A stretch of DNA of 58,652 nt, the filler included, from Sphacelaria rigidula (lineage: Eukaryota): NCBI GenBank assembly GCA_964200075.2. It is 10 parts of 10 records of this genome, joined end to end, with 100 filler letters (N's around TTAATTAATTAA, not from the genome) between each part and the next. Parts side by side here need not be neighbours in the genome. Positions count along the whole stretch, not along the records: positions 11,753 to 17,527 come from CAXNAA020024560.1; positions 17,628 to 23,402 come from CAXNAA020024561.1; positions 23,503 to 29,277 come from CAXNAA020024562.1; 7 more parts are not named here. One strand, written 5' to 3'. The notes under the pieces are model-generated. The model had not been told where the DNA came from and did no database searches. It saw nothing but the letters and a program-made list of their open reading frames with translations. Each line of letters opens with the position of its first letter. Within the stretch, counting starts at the first letter, position 1. Both the position numbers and the translations under genes were made by a program. Shown one piece after another: positions 12,408-25,419 of this stretch.

Positions 12408-12663
12408 GAGTGTGCTACGGTAGAGGTGCACAAATATTTTCTGACGTTAGAATTGTTAGGAGCCCTTTATCTCATGCAAAACACGACCTATGAAGATATG
12501 TGAAAGTACGCCAGGATTACTACCCCAATGTGCTGGGGAAATCCCGAATGAATTTGCGAACGAGGATGCCCTGACCCATATTTTTGCGCATCTAGAATCG
12601 TTAGGAGCCCCTGAACTAGACAAAAATTTGCGAAAAAAGTGCACCCCTACCGTAGCATTGCTC
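12408..12663. mobile_element. MITE family D
   Basis: gagtgtgctacggtagaggtgcac...gtgcacccctaccgtagcattgctc, flanked by caag on both sides. Confidence 0.85.
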
Positions 12664-13062
12664 CAAGGTTCATCCTCTAAAAAAACATCCCCAATCTGTG
12701 AAATCCCGTGTTATATGCTCCTGACTCGGCTCGAAATAATGCTCCCAGTGGTTCTGGTGACGCTGATTTTTCCGAACCTGCTTTCGGCAATGCTCGTTTT
12801 TCTTGGGTATAAATTTTTACTTCACTTCTGTTTACTCCACTTAGCGGGAAGAATGGGTAAGGCCCCAATGATTGCTCGGTTTCATCAAACTCGGACACGT
12901 CTACGAGTATTTCTTCTGGGCTGGGAGGTCTTGCTATCAATAGGCCAACCTTGATGGGGAATGAAGCCAATTTTTCTTGCCTCCGGCGGCGCCTCGCGCC
13001 GAGTCCCCTCGCCACGGCGGGGGGGGGGGGGTGTTTGGGGCTCGCACAGCGAGCGGACTCGG

Positions 13063-13613
13063 CTTCCCCAGAATAAATCGAAACTGATCGATATCAAACG
13101 CGGACAAGTTCACACCCTGGACAATATATGGTTCATAGTTGCAATAGCCTTCCCCAGAATAAATCGAAAATGATCGATACCAAACGCAGACAAGTTCACA
13201 CCCTGGACAAAATATGGTTCATAGTTGCAATAGACAAAAATATACTGTGTAAAGTATAAGCCTATTGCACCTACCGCCGGTCGACAATAGTTACAAAAGG
13301 CCAATCTTCATGCAGTACATTTTTTTGTTTATTGCATCTTCTGACCATATATATATATATATATATGTTGTCCAAGGTGTGGAAAATTTTGACGTCGTAT
13401 CTATGTGATGGCTGGTTTGATATCCAACACTACAGTACAAAAAATAAATTATTAGATGAAAATTGGGGAAATATGCACACCCTGGACAAAAGATTCTGTT
13501 GTAAAAAAATGTACTGCGTACAGTATGTTATCTTTTGTCGATTGCGATAGGCGCAAAAGTCGATACTGTACGCAGTACATTTTTTTATTGTGTATTCTGT
13601 TGTCCAGGGTGTG
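13063..13613. repeat. Composite repeat: 2 x 86-bp tandem duplication followed by inverted-repeat modules (cacaccctggacaa...ttgtccagggtgtg); palindromic unit at 13476-13613
   Basis: Direct repeat starting at 13063 and 13149; inverted arms aaaatgtactgcgtacagtat / atactgtacgcagtacatttt; related sequence at ~32595-32720. Confidence 0.75.
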
Positions 13614-16600
13614 GAAATATGGTGGTACTCGTGAGTGATTCATCCACGGAATATCTCAATATTTTACACGTACACATGCTAGTCTCTTGCACACATCGTG
13701 ACTTCATCAAACCCATTCCTCCCCTCCACGAGACTGATTAAAAATCTGGTTCGTCCCCTCTACTTGTACTCTCGTACCTACCACCGACCTACCCCTCATC
13801 TTGCAATAACGAGAGAGATGCCACCCCCTCGTCTCAACCATGGATTTTTGACGACGAGTTGCGCTAATCCCGCCTCAAGATTCGTCACCCGCAGTTCTGC
13901 TGTAGCAGGCCAGACGCCAGAGCTGTAGCGTGAAAATGTGCGACTGTGGGTAATCTATAATCTGTGTTGTACAGCACAGTACAGACTGGAGTCCACACCA
14001 GTCCAGTACTTGTACACGTACCGTAGGACATAATTATTCCGAAAATAACCGTACTGTGGCAAAGTATAGTGGCCGGCGGTAAGACAATACAACCAGGGAG
14101 GAGTACTCAACATTCCGTTTGACAAATCTCGCTACTGCAACCCAATCTAGCACCACTTGCATGCGTGCGCTTTGTCCATAGGAGTGTGTTTCTCTACAAT
14201 CAGCGCACAACACAAACCCAACATCCGCAAACATCAAGTTCCGAACATAACGGCATGGTTCAATGATTCGATCCAACTCGCGGAAGCAGACAGTGTAGCA
14301 ACTTTGAACGACAGAGTATTACAGTGTACTCATCGGACAGGTTATTGCAACCTCACCAATCTTTGAAATTACCTGGCGAAGCTCCCCAGAAGTCTCTCCG
14401 CGCATGAGACCTTCTCTCTTCTATCCTTGCGCTCAAGAGCCTGGCCTTGCTTGGTGTGGCCTGTAGCTGTCGTTCTCTCTGTTCACAGTAGACCTATGTT
14501 CATACCCGAAGTCTCATGGAACACTTATTTCCAAGTGAGCGGAGCAGAAACTAACACACATAGTATACGGAGTGTGCTGATATAGATTTTCTTCCCATAC
14601 ATCTCGATTATTATCTTTCATCTTTCCTCCGTATTATATATCTTATATATAGAAAGCAGCTGCTACTGAAGGAGAGGGTGTGGCTGGCTCAAGTGTTTCT
14701 GTTCTTCTTATACATACCACGGCTGCGGGTCGAACTATAAAAATACGAATATAAGACTTTGAAAAGGAAAAACAAATAAGGCGGCTTGCTTCACAGACAG
14801 TCGCGCTATTGATAGCTATCGCGCGCGCGGCCACGTGAGCCTCACTTGCGTTCGGGTTATCAAGGTTAGTTACTTTCCCATTCCGATTCGCACAACTATC
14901 TTGTAAGAGAAAAGGACTGTCTTAATGCCATGGGCTGTGTTCGTGGCTGAGCTTTCCAAGAGTTGTTCTTGAGTTGGGTTGGCAAAGTAGCACGTTCACA
15001 GGTAGCACTTCTTTCACCGGAACAGATGAACGGACGGTCAGTTATAGCCTTGGAATTATGTCTTGGCGATATGAAGCACACCCTATGGGAATGCGAGTTT
15101 GAAGGATGCTGATTATGATAGACTTAGCTTCAGTCGTGAATATGTAGCCCTTCTGCTGCGGTGGCTTATTCGCTCCTCGTCTCAGTCGCATTGGTGGTTG
15201 CACCCTCTACAGGGGAAGACAACATATTGTCTCCAACATCCTGACAACTGGCGAGCGTGGGTAGATAGTCAATTCTCACCCGCGGTGAGCAAAAGCGCGC
15301 GGATACGCTGGCGCTTCAGAGCGGCACGAAGGGGAATTGCTGTTGAGCTGTGTGTTGTGTGCAGTGCCCGGGACCTGTTCCACTCTTTCGCTCGGTTGGA
15401 TGCCTTTTTTTCTCATCCGCCCTCGAGCACGTCTTGTACACGTGAGAGACCAAGGCAAATGCAATCTTCAAATCCTGCGTCGTGAAGAACAAACGAAACT
15501 GGCGGCTGCGCCAAGGCTGCGCTACCCGGTACGGTACGGTACGGTATAGAACAGTAGTTGGATACATGAACGGTAGGGCACAGAGCGTTTCACAATATCG
15601 ACCGGGGTTATATTACAGTACACTTGGACACTCCCGACATGGCCACACTGCCTACAAGTACCGGAGAGTAAACCAGCCCTTCCAGCAGCTACTTTATACG
15701 AATTAGGCCTACGCCGTGCTGCGGTGACCTGCCTGTTTCGGTTGTGTCGCACGCAGTACTGTAAACGCATGTTTATATGGTAACTGCCGATATCAGTTCG
15801 GATACTGCACTGCTGTCTCGTGAGGTACCGGTATCCATATCTGGGGCCCGAATTCCTGAGTGATGAGTACTCTCCAGTTTGCGGATGACTAGTGACCATG
15901 CGGATTGCCTGTACACCCACTGTTTGTTTAAATACAGGCACGGCTTGTACTAGGACTGTACTACTAGAGTGTCCTGGACGCGGCAGGAAAGCCATCTGAG
16001 GACTGGCTGGTAACTACATGTAGGGTTGCCCAGCTGACCTGACTTCAACCGGGGTACAGTGAACGGAGATGCAGTACTGCTGTACCCCCCAACACACGAC
16101 TCCCTCGCCCGTTCAAGGTTTCGAAATGTGTTCCGAAAGAGTAACGCGCCGCCCATGTTTTCATGATGTACACTTGACGCACCTAATGAACTTGAGACAG
16201 GGGAATGGTTGATATTGGCACTGCACGGTGATTCCAAACTCTCTCATTCACCACGGTACCGTTCAGACAGTACCGCACAGCGCCACAGTTCGGATCCGCT
16301 TTCTTCGTTACCGACGGTGCGTAGGTGAGCCACGGCGATCTTCCTCCTTGTGCACACTTCTCCTCATTTTTTACTCGTTGCTGCAGGTAAGGGTGCCTTC
16401 TATACAAGTTTTCTTCTAGGAGCCATCCCCCCCGCCGCTGCCCCCCCCCCGCCACCCCACCCGTCTAGGTTGGAGTCAAGTCTCCCAGGTCTAGGTTGTT
16501 GATGGAGTCTCGTTGAAATTCCAAAACGTTGAGAAAACAGTATGTTCTACTGTGCTACTATACCATCGACTGGTACTGTCACCCCGGCCGATTTTGTCGG

Positions 16601-16724
16601 GTAAAGTCCGGATAAATTTTACGGTTTGTTCAGCCCAAGTACGGATTTTTACTGCTCCAGCCCAATACGGGTTTTTCACAGTCCAGGCAGCGCCCAGGCA
16701 TATGTTACACGTATTTGTGGAGGG

Positions 16725-16750
16725 CGTACTCATTTGTTGCTCGCCTTAGT
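16725..16750 (-). mobile_element. Extremely 5'-truncated family A copy (~26 bp) with 11-bp TSD
   Basis: cgtactcatttgttgctcgccttagt between cgtatttgtgg repeats at 16710-16720 and 16751-16761; the second runs into a G tract. Confidence 0.75.
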
Positions 16751-16926
16751 CGTATTTGTGGGGGGGGGGCGCGCGCAAAATGTTCTCGCAGCCGTTTCCG
16801 AACCAACTGCGGGATTCTCTGGACTAGGGGTGGAACATGTGTCAGTTTAGGCACCTCTCCCGTCCCCCCCCCCCTTCACCTCATTTCTTGGTATTGTAAG
16901 AACGTGATACATAGTAGAGGGTTGCG

Positions 16927-17103
16927 GAAAACGCTCTTTTGTCATTTCAGAGCGCAAATATCTCAGGATCAGAATGCAGAATAAATAAAGAACGTCATCG
17001 AAAAAAGCTTGAGGGGGTTCCACATTTGACGGAGGGGAAAAAAATTTCGTTTCACTCTGATCCTGAGATATTTGCACTCTGAAATGACAAGAGAGCGTTT
17101 TTC
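16927..17103. repeat. Inverted repeat, ~50-bp arms, ~76-bp spacer (MITE-like)
   Basis: aaaacgctctttttgtcatttcagagcgcaaatatctcaggatcaga versus tctgatcctgagatatttgcactctgaaatgacaagagagcgtttt. Confidence 0.85.
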
Positions 17104-17527
17104 GAAACTCTCTGATTGTTCAAAAACTACGATGAGCTGTATGAAATCCTCTGCAACCGCTCATTGGCCGCAGGAGTGTTCCAACACACACAAACTGCTG
17201 GTTAGGTGAGCTGATTTTTCTCTACATACCCCATGCAGGGTGCGAAGAGATATTCAAGAAACTCCAAAGCGTAGTCACCCCCCTGGTCGTTTCTTTGATC
17301 ACCACGTCAGTTTGACCTTTCTGACTCGAGGTCAAGTCGTATCAAGGTCTGGAAAACAGTGCAAACCTGTGCTCCGACTCCAGGAACATACTTTCAAGAC
17401 GTGAACCAACTTCATTTCCGAAAGTATGACCACGCCTAGCAGCTGAATTGCTTGGATTCAGAGTAGCCCCCACCCCCCCACCCCCCCCCACAACCACTCC
17501 ACCGATACAGACGACACCATGACACCC

Positions 17528-17627
17528 NNNNNNNNNNNNNNNNNNNNNNNNNNNNNNNNNNNNNNNNNNNNTTAATTAATTAANNNNNNNNNNNNNNNNN
17601 NNNNNNNNNNNNNNNNNNNNNNNNNNN
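17528..17627. other. Artificial contig spacer
   Basis: Same 100-bp spacer. Confidence 0.97.
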
Positions 17628-19714
17628 AGGTCAGGGAAAGCACGGCTTTTGAGTTGAACCTCATTTTTTTTTTCAACCCCATTTTCGAAAATCGGCTGTT
17701 AATCGCTTGAGAATCTAGCATCATCGATGGTATTACACCAGCATGCGCCAACTTTTTCATGTGCCAGAACATCGACGTCGGGAAAGATTTCATCGTCTCT
17801 TCTTACCTGTCGCCAACGCGAAGATCGATTTTCTCCCTGCCTCTCGTTTTGGACAGGACGCGCCTCTGCGCGCTGATAAACATGTCGTTGAAAAATAGGG
17901 CAATGTTCCCGTCACCGCTACTACTGTACTCCGTCGCAAACATGCCAGCAAGGGCGGTGCTGCGGCAATAACAGATAGATCCAATTTGAACTTAGGGGGT
18001 GTTATTCATCGTTGATTTTGGCCGACCTCCCCCAACCGGGTGCCCGAGCAGAAGGGCCTGCCACACGCCAGTTGAGGGAGGTGTATGAGAAATCAAACAC
18101 TTGTAGAGACCTTTTTGACATGTGGAGTGGAAAAAGATACCTATGGTGGTCATCTAACTGTTGCTAGCGTGGCGCATAGGCAATCTGCAGCACACGCTGT
18201 TCGCGTGGACAGCTCGGTACAGTACGAGTAGCTTCCCATGAGAAATAATTATTCCGATGTCAGGAGGTCATGGATTATCACAACTTGGGAGGAGAGATGA
18301 GAGTGCTCTACGATCAACCGCATGCCGTTGCATTCGAGACCCACGCCATCAACCGCCGACAGCAAGGGTCTTGTGGCTTTCACGCGACGCTGTCGGCAGT
18401 ACGGCAGGCAAACCGGATTATAGCTACCTTTTGTTGCTCTACCGCGTGTACTCCCGTCTGCTCAGAGGTGGTCACGGTAACAAACTACACCGAAGTCGCA
18501 ACATCTGTGAAAGCTAGAGAGTCTGATTTTTATTAACTTCATCCACACAATTCAAACGGCTCTCCAAACCTGAGGGAGGACGGCTTCCCTGTCCCCCAGC
18601 CAGGCATTGATGAACGAGGAAAGACTTTTTACAGGCGGATACAACAGATGTGGGGGCCCGGAGAGGTTACATTCCATCAAAATCCGTGTTTTCCAACTTG
18701 CAAAGCGTCCCATGCGCATCGTTTCCTAATAGGAATGGTAACTTGTCGATTTCTGTTTCGTTCTTCAAGGACTGCGTGATGCCGATCCCCGAAAAGTTTG
18801 GTGTTGCTGTTCAATGGTATATTTAGATGTCTACCTGGACCCGAAGCGGCCACCTTCCAAATTGGGGGGGGGGGGGGGGGGGGGGGGGTGTTAACCTCAC
18901 ACAATTATTTTGCAGAAAAAAAACCCNNNNNNNNNNTCTTTTCCTTTCCTCTTCTTTGTCGTTTCCTGCGTCTCGGGGGGGGGGGGGGGGGGGGGGGGGG
19001 CTAGGTTTTAACCTCCCAAAATTGTTTTTTCACCTAGAACCCCAATATTTCGGTTATCGAAATCCAAATTTGTATGGCGTGTGGTAGTTGTCAATAGCTA
19101 CCAGCGAGTGAAGAAATGGAAGCATACTTCGAAGAGTTGGTGTGGATATACGAAAAAAATTAGTTCTTCGGGTTCTCATCCCCGCTGATAAACTCATCCT
19201 CAATTTGTAAAACCCCGTGTTCTTTGATCACACATCCATGCACAGTACATAAAATATGCTGCTTGCTGCTGTGTTCGACACTGCGTACACTGCGTACCAA
19301 TCGCAGCGTGGCGCCTTGAGCGATACTACCTGCTCACTGCACAGCGGCAGGGTGCAGGGTGACAAAGCACCACATAACGTCACACCCTTAGCCTATCCAT
19401 GTCCTGTATTGATTTCGCATTGTTCTATGCAGTTCGCCACATCATGAACGCAGCCGCTTGTACCTGCGGCCAACGTGTACGCAGGATATCACCCCTCGCT
19501 ACGCGCTATATCGCTACGCCACATTTTGTAAAGCTGTCCGTGTTGCAGCTACAGCGTGCGTTTGCCCCAGGTGGCGCACGCAGGAGTGAAAGGCCGCCTC
19601 CGCCGCTGCCTGTATCTCGGGCGAAGCTGTATGGTAACAAAGCCGCTATGGCGCGAAAGCCGCCTGTAACATTCCACACCGTGAATATTTTGTAATACAT
19701 TTTACACTGTGCAA

Positions 19715-20540
19715 AACAATTCGACCTAATGGTCGACGAGGGAAAGGGACTGATGAACCCCTCTCGCGATACAAAATAAACGCAAGCACCCCAGAAGCAA
19801 GTGGAGAAGTAAACCAAACAAAAAAGAACAAACCCCTGTGTTGGCCTTCCTGCTGTGTGACCCCGGCTGGTGCGTCCACATATACCGAAAAGTGGAGACC
19901 GACGTCCAGAATACCATAGATGGGACGACACCACTTTGTGTTCGTACTGACTGTAGAAATCTTTGTCCAGGGTCTGGTACATTTTTACATATGTGTAATG
20001 TTCTCAGTGAGATCATGAAAACATCCGCAACATCTGGGCGAAGTGCAGGTGAGGCAATCGCCGAAATATTCGCCTGCAAATTCTGCTCCAGTGCACTGTC
20101 AGTTGACATCGCTAGAAGAACTCTACCACAACCACCTTCCCGGCTGCCAGACTTTCAGGACAGAGGATCCGCTAGCATCGCTACCGTCTGTACGGGGATG
20201 TTGCCCCGCCCTTGTCGGGTGCGTGGGGAGGGGTCCGTAGCAGAACGCAGTGGTCGGGTCAAGCAGCGGCTCGCTGGCGTCGAAATTCTCACTCGATACT
20301 TCGATTTGGAGCATGATACTTGGCAGGCAGTATCACCTGCTGTGTGTCCAGGTGCCCTTGGAGCAAGATGCGTTTGGTTTCTGTTTGACAAAGTTTTTTT
20401 TTTTTAACGAAATAAATAGGGCGTTTAGAGTGGAAAATATAGCAAAATCGAGTCGCAAAAAATCGGTGAGTCAAACTTTTTTACCAGGCGCAGAAACCGA
20501 TATCACAAGTGAAATTGGAATATAATAATAATAAAATAAA
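19715..20540 (+). mobile_element. Long SINE-like family E copy, lacking the head, with (TAA)n/A-rich tail
   Basis: 5' part matches 31535-31745 and 3' part matches 7728-8325; ends in tataataataataaaataaa. Confidence 0.75.
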
Positions 20541-21833
20541 TCCTGGTGAACGCGCTCCATCTCGACGAAGACCGCCATCGAGGACTTGGCAAATATTGTG
20601 AGCACAGCAGCAGTTCGCTGCGGTGCGACCCACCACCATACATCTCGGACGTGAATACATACATGTACAAGAACTTTCAGTTCACAACAATATTTGATAT
20701 GTCACCCATCATCCCAACCATCTCAAATAACTTTACGTTCACATACGTCAGACTAACTAGGATATCATCCTTATAACACGCGCTGGTGTGATGAATATAC
20801 TGTACAGTTTTACATCAATCCATCATATATATTTACTCCGGCGAACTTCGCTTTGCTTGTCCAGACATGACGTAGGTGGGCTCTACCGCAGCAATGCTGG
20901 GCATACCGTACTCCACAAAACTGACAATCCAGTGCAGTATGAACAAAAAGCTGCTATAGCAGCAAAGTCCAAAACTCGACAAGACACACTGCAACCGCGA
21001 ACATCCCACCACGCTACGTCACAGCAAGCCCATTTGCAATGCCAATATACCCCCTCCCCCCGTCCCCCCTTCAAAGAAAAAGACGCTTGTAAAAAAAGCA
21101 ATCTTGCCGCGGCCCTACTTTTTTCTCCTGGTATACTCCTAATGTACTACTGAATTGGACAAATAGAGGTGATCTACTCTACAACCGTTAACCGTCCCGT
21201 CATTCTACTGGCAGACATGAGTAATACGTGACCACAAAAGCATATGCTCGCATGAATGAAAAAAGTTGAACGTTCGACTCGAGAATGATTTACTCGCCGC
21301 GAAGCTATTTGTCGAGTGTCATCGTCTTCGGCCCGTGGTTCACAATATATATATTTTTTTGCGCGGGTACCTGTATCATGCCCCCTAGACCGTGGTGGTC
21401 CGGTGCCTTGTTGTGTGGTATACTGGTAATATTACTATTACTATTACCCTTACTATTGCTACTATTGCTACTCCTACCACTACGACTGACTGTGAATCAC
21501 GCTTCAGCCATTCATATACATTTACGATACATGTGAACGAAATAACGACGTTTTCTCACACGCCCCCTACTGGCTCCACGGAACACCCAAGACTACAGTA
21601 AGCGTCAATGGCGGGCTAAGACCGGACGGCTGACTCGCCTCGGTGTGCATGATCGCTACCAACCCAGCAACGCCCCCAGTCCATGACTCGCATGCGCGAT
21701 ACAAGCTACGCGCAGCTTGCGCTTCGCTCACTCTGAACAAAACTGTTCCGAGAAAGTGACAACAGCGTAAAACCATTTGTTGTATATAACGACACAAAAT
21801 GGGAAGGGCCGACCGTGATGATGAGACGAGAAA

Positions 21834-22132
21834 TCACGTCTCCTCTGCGATTCCCTCAAGTGGCTGGAAGTTACCCTGTGCGTACAGCAGCGCTTGCGCT
21901 CTCAACTTGGCCAGCTCCAACTCGACTGCCCTTTTCTTGGTTTCCTCGGACTCCTCAGAAGGACCAGCACTAGCAGCACCATCGCCCTCGCCGCCTGCTT
22001 GCGGTCTTGCCTTGTCCTTCATCGCCCCCTTCTTTTTGGCGCTCGCCGAACCGTAGGCGGTGCCCCGATCGCTCTTGCTCCTGGTACCTCGATCTCTTGC
22101 CCTGCCTCCTTTGGAAGAGCCTCGTCCACCTC
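21834..22132 (-). CDS. Probable terminal coding exon of an unknown protein (basic G/R/K-rich segment, then ...EETKKRAVELELAKLRAQALLYAQGNFQPLEGIAEET*)
   Basis: CAG acceptor at 22133-22135 (minus); GC-rich open frame to TGA; helical-looking C-terminal segment. Confidence 0.6.
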
Positions 22133-22624
22133 CTGCTCGAACAAGACGGATTGCAAAGCACCAACACACACGAACGAACGACGGTACAGTTTGCTCGACA
22201 CACATACAGACTCCACACAAGACATGGGCGGGGAAAAAACGGAGTGCACATATTTTGACGTGCGTGTAGTTTGTGACGGTACAATAGAGATAGGCCTCTT
22301 CCATCTTCGTCTCTTGTCTTCACCTATTTCTGTGTCGCTGTCTCTGTTTCTCTCACTATCTTCGTTCGAAAGGTTCATAGATGTGGGGTACGCATGAGAA
22401 ACCTTTGACACGTGTAGCAGGGCGTTGCATGGAAAAGGAGGGCAGGCCAATCATCGTTCCCACACGCAACAACAGTACCGGGAGGCAAGTCGCATCAATG
22501 CCGACGGAAAGACGTTAAAATTTGCTTCGCCCTGGTGCAAAAAACAAAAACAAAATCCAACACGTGACGGGCATACGAAAAAACAACACGGGAGATACAT
22601 ACGTAAGTACGTACGTATACATAT

Positions 22625-22692
22625 ATACATACATACATACATACATACATACATACATACATACATACATACATACATACATACATACATAC
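22625..22692 (+). repeat. (ATAC)17 microsatellite
   Basis: Perfect tetranucleotide run. Confidence 0.97.
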
Positions 22693-23402
22693 ACGTGTGC
22701 AACATATAGTACAACAAACCATGTATACTCCGTGTCTAGCCTGGGAAACACATGACAAGAAGTTATCGAGCGTGCTTCACTACCCGCACTGCATCATATC
22801 AACGCAAGAATGATCACCACGAAGGGAACCAGTGAGCTTGCAAACCTCTCTTGCGATAAACGAGATCCAAGAGACGAGAGAATACTAAGCGCAGTATACA
22901 CATTGCGCTGTGCACGCGAGACACGCACCTTGTTTTACATAATTGCCTTGAGTCCGTTGAACTGCACCGCCGTCCGAGTATTCCACAGAAATCCAAGGCA
23001 TGAATTATGGTGAACCCGTGAGCACCAGAAACGCGCGGGGGGAAACGACACAGTCAAGTACCAGTCAGAATACCTCCCCCATCGTTGTAACTATGAGCAC
23101 AAGCACAAGCATCGTCTTATCATAGTTTGCAAAGACAAGTGACCAGAAAAATCAGTACTTATACCTCGCCGCTTTCAGCTATTTCAGGAGCACGGTGCCC
23201 AGTCAGCGACGATTCACACCTGCAACGGGAAGTCGAGGTATTGTATACCTGTTGTTGTCCACGACAGAGTCCACCGATGTCCCCCCCCCCTCCTCCCCCC
23301 CCGTAGTGGTGACGCACCCATGAGGCAGTGCATAAGCCGTGCCTGTCTCTGGAAGTGGCGACACCACAGAATAAAGCAACTCATTGTAGGCTGTCATCCA
23401 AA

Positions 23403-23502
23403 NNNNNNNNNNNNNNNNNNNNNNNNNNNNNNNNNNNNNNNNNNNNTTAATTAATTAANNNNNNNNNNNNNNNNNNNNNNNNNNNNNNNNNNNNNNNNNN
23501 NN
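23403..23502. other. Artificial contig spacer
   Basis: Same 100-bp spacer. Confidence 0.97.
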
Positions 23503-24770
23503 AAATTGAAAATACGAATTCCTAGCCCAATTTCCGCCGAATCTCCACATGCTTCAAATCGTAGTGACCGTCATCACCTCAAGAATCTAACGGGAGAAAC
23601 GGATTTGAAAACGGTGACTACGGGATCGAACTATACCCGAAACCGTAATGTTTCGGTGATGTGGAGTTTGGCGTCGTCCAATTTCCACTCATGATACGCA
23701 GGAAAGACTCAGGGAGCCTCGTGATGATTTCCCCTATATGTCATCTGTTGTAGAAAAGCTCAGATCATTCTCGAACTTGGTAGTTCCGGAGGCATTGATG
23801 CTCCAAATGAATAAATTGTTTTTCTGGCCAGGGTTAAAAGTTTCTCCGTTCCCCACCGGCTTCCGGGGGTCCCGGTACAAAGACCCGCGGGAGGCGGTCA
23901 GAATGACTCAAAAGAAAAAATAATGCGTCCCAGGATGTTCCAAGGAACACATGCACGAAGTTTGGTGGAGAAATTCGAAAATCTCGTACAATTTTTCCTG
24001 CCTTCAGGTAAAATTCACCCTAGAAGATGTTTTCACACTCAAACCAAGTAGTTGGGAGTTTGCACGTTTAAAGCTCACATCCTTGCACAAACGCGCAAAT
24101 CTTCACGCATTTATTAGGAATTAGACCCTACGAATTTGCGCAAATGTGCTATTAATCATTACGCAAGTCTCGATCAACGAGGTTTTACTAATTATTGTTT
24201 TTTTTACCGTTTTTCGGGGGTCCGACGGGATCCAAGTCGTTTTTTCGAAGTCGTCCATTCCGCGACCCCGGAAAACCGGCACTGCGTTTTTTTTTCTCAT
24301 TTTTTTCGCAAACGCTCTGTCACCGCAACACGCAAGGAAGATCCCCACAAAGTTTCGTGGCAAAACTCGATTAACTGGTGCTTGAATTTTCATGTTAACG
24401 TCAAAGAAGGCCCAAAAACACCATTGTCCATACTAAAGTCTAGTAGTTTGCCGTTTTACCGTGGCACGGCAAGGTTCATCGTACAAACTCTAAAAACTTC
24501 ACGCCGTTTTGAGGAGTTAGACCCTGAAAGTTTGCACAACTCTGCTATGGATCATCACTCAACTTTGGATGGACGAGTTTTTTTTGTTGTTTTTTACCGT
24601 TTTACCGGCGTCCGACTGGATCGAAGTTTCCCCAAAAAACTGGGAACCCGGAAAAACGGGGAAAAAGTAAAAAAAGTAAGAAAACCTCGACCGTGGCAAG
24701 TTGCGTAACGACCCATAGAACACCTGTGCAAAATTTCAGGGTCTAATTCCTTAAAACGGCGTGAAGTTTT
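23503..24770 (+). mobile_element. Family G foldback-like modular element, copy 1 (~1.27 kb)
   Basis: Colinear with 25420-26680; an internal module (ttagaccct...gcacaa...ggaccccggaaaac) occurs twice about 390 bp apart and once inverted. Confidence 0.75.
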
Positions 24771-24945
24771 GCCGACGAGTGTTTTTTTTTTTTTCCTTGA
24801 ACCAGCCTATATATTGCAGGCCATTTTACAACCCGGTTTTGGCGTTTGTTACTCCGTAGTATTTAAAATTCGGAGTGGGAAATCGCTACAGGCTGGTTCA
24901 TGCTTTTCACCCAAAAATGTGTCATCAGCAAATGCCTTTCGCAAT

Positions 24946-25249
24946 TTTTTTTTGTTCCTCACACTTTGAACCACTCCCCTTCCTCGGGATGAGCCCGTGG
25001 TCTCAAGCGATCAACCCATCTCTCCCCCGGTATGTGCCTTTCATTTTGGTCTCGCGGATTGGATCAGCACTCCCGCACCGCGTCAACTCACGTCACACAA
25101 ACCCAGTCGGCTACTTCGTTTACTCACGTTCTCACGCTTTCCACGGCGGAAATCATACATGACGAATGAAAACGCATCGGCAATCGAACCCCCGTTATCT
25201 CCACCCTAATGGCGACTGTCGAACCATTACACCACCGGGGCGCGGCGGC
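24946..25249 (-). mobile_element. Full-length tRNA-derived SINE, family F (~300 bp), with A-tail and 6-bp TSD
   Basis: Minus strand has A-box TGGTGTAATGG, B-box GGTTCGATTGC and a 3' A9 tail; cgcaat direct repeat at 24940-24945 and 25250-25255. Confidence 0.85.
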
Positions 25250-25419
25250 CGCAATACCTACCCAATAGTCGCATACATGATATCATACTGACCGCCATGG
25301 ACAGCTGAAGAGCGTGACATAGCCGGATTGTGTTCTAGGCCATGATGGTAGGATACAATAGTAGTAATAAGGACGAAAAGTTACGTCGACCATCAGCGCC
25401 CTTCAAAATATTCTGAGAT

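Noticed and set aside
17628..17975. Minus-strand frame MFATEYSS...RVGDR*EETMKSF as an exon or pseudogene
   Set aside because: A plausible donor exists, but there is no recognisable homology or confirmed acceptor.
19838..20407. 189-aa ORF as a protein-coding gene
   Set aside because: It lies inside repeat family E, the homologous copy at 7728-8325 does not keep the frame open, and no motif is recognisable.
22425..22758. ORFs with MYVC/IHTY repeats
   Set aside because: Translation of the (ATAC)n microsatellite.
25170..25249. Functional tRNA genes here and at 31414, 34985 and 46730
   Set aside because: No convincing cloverleaf or acceptor stem, and each continues into a repeated SINE body.
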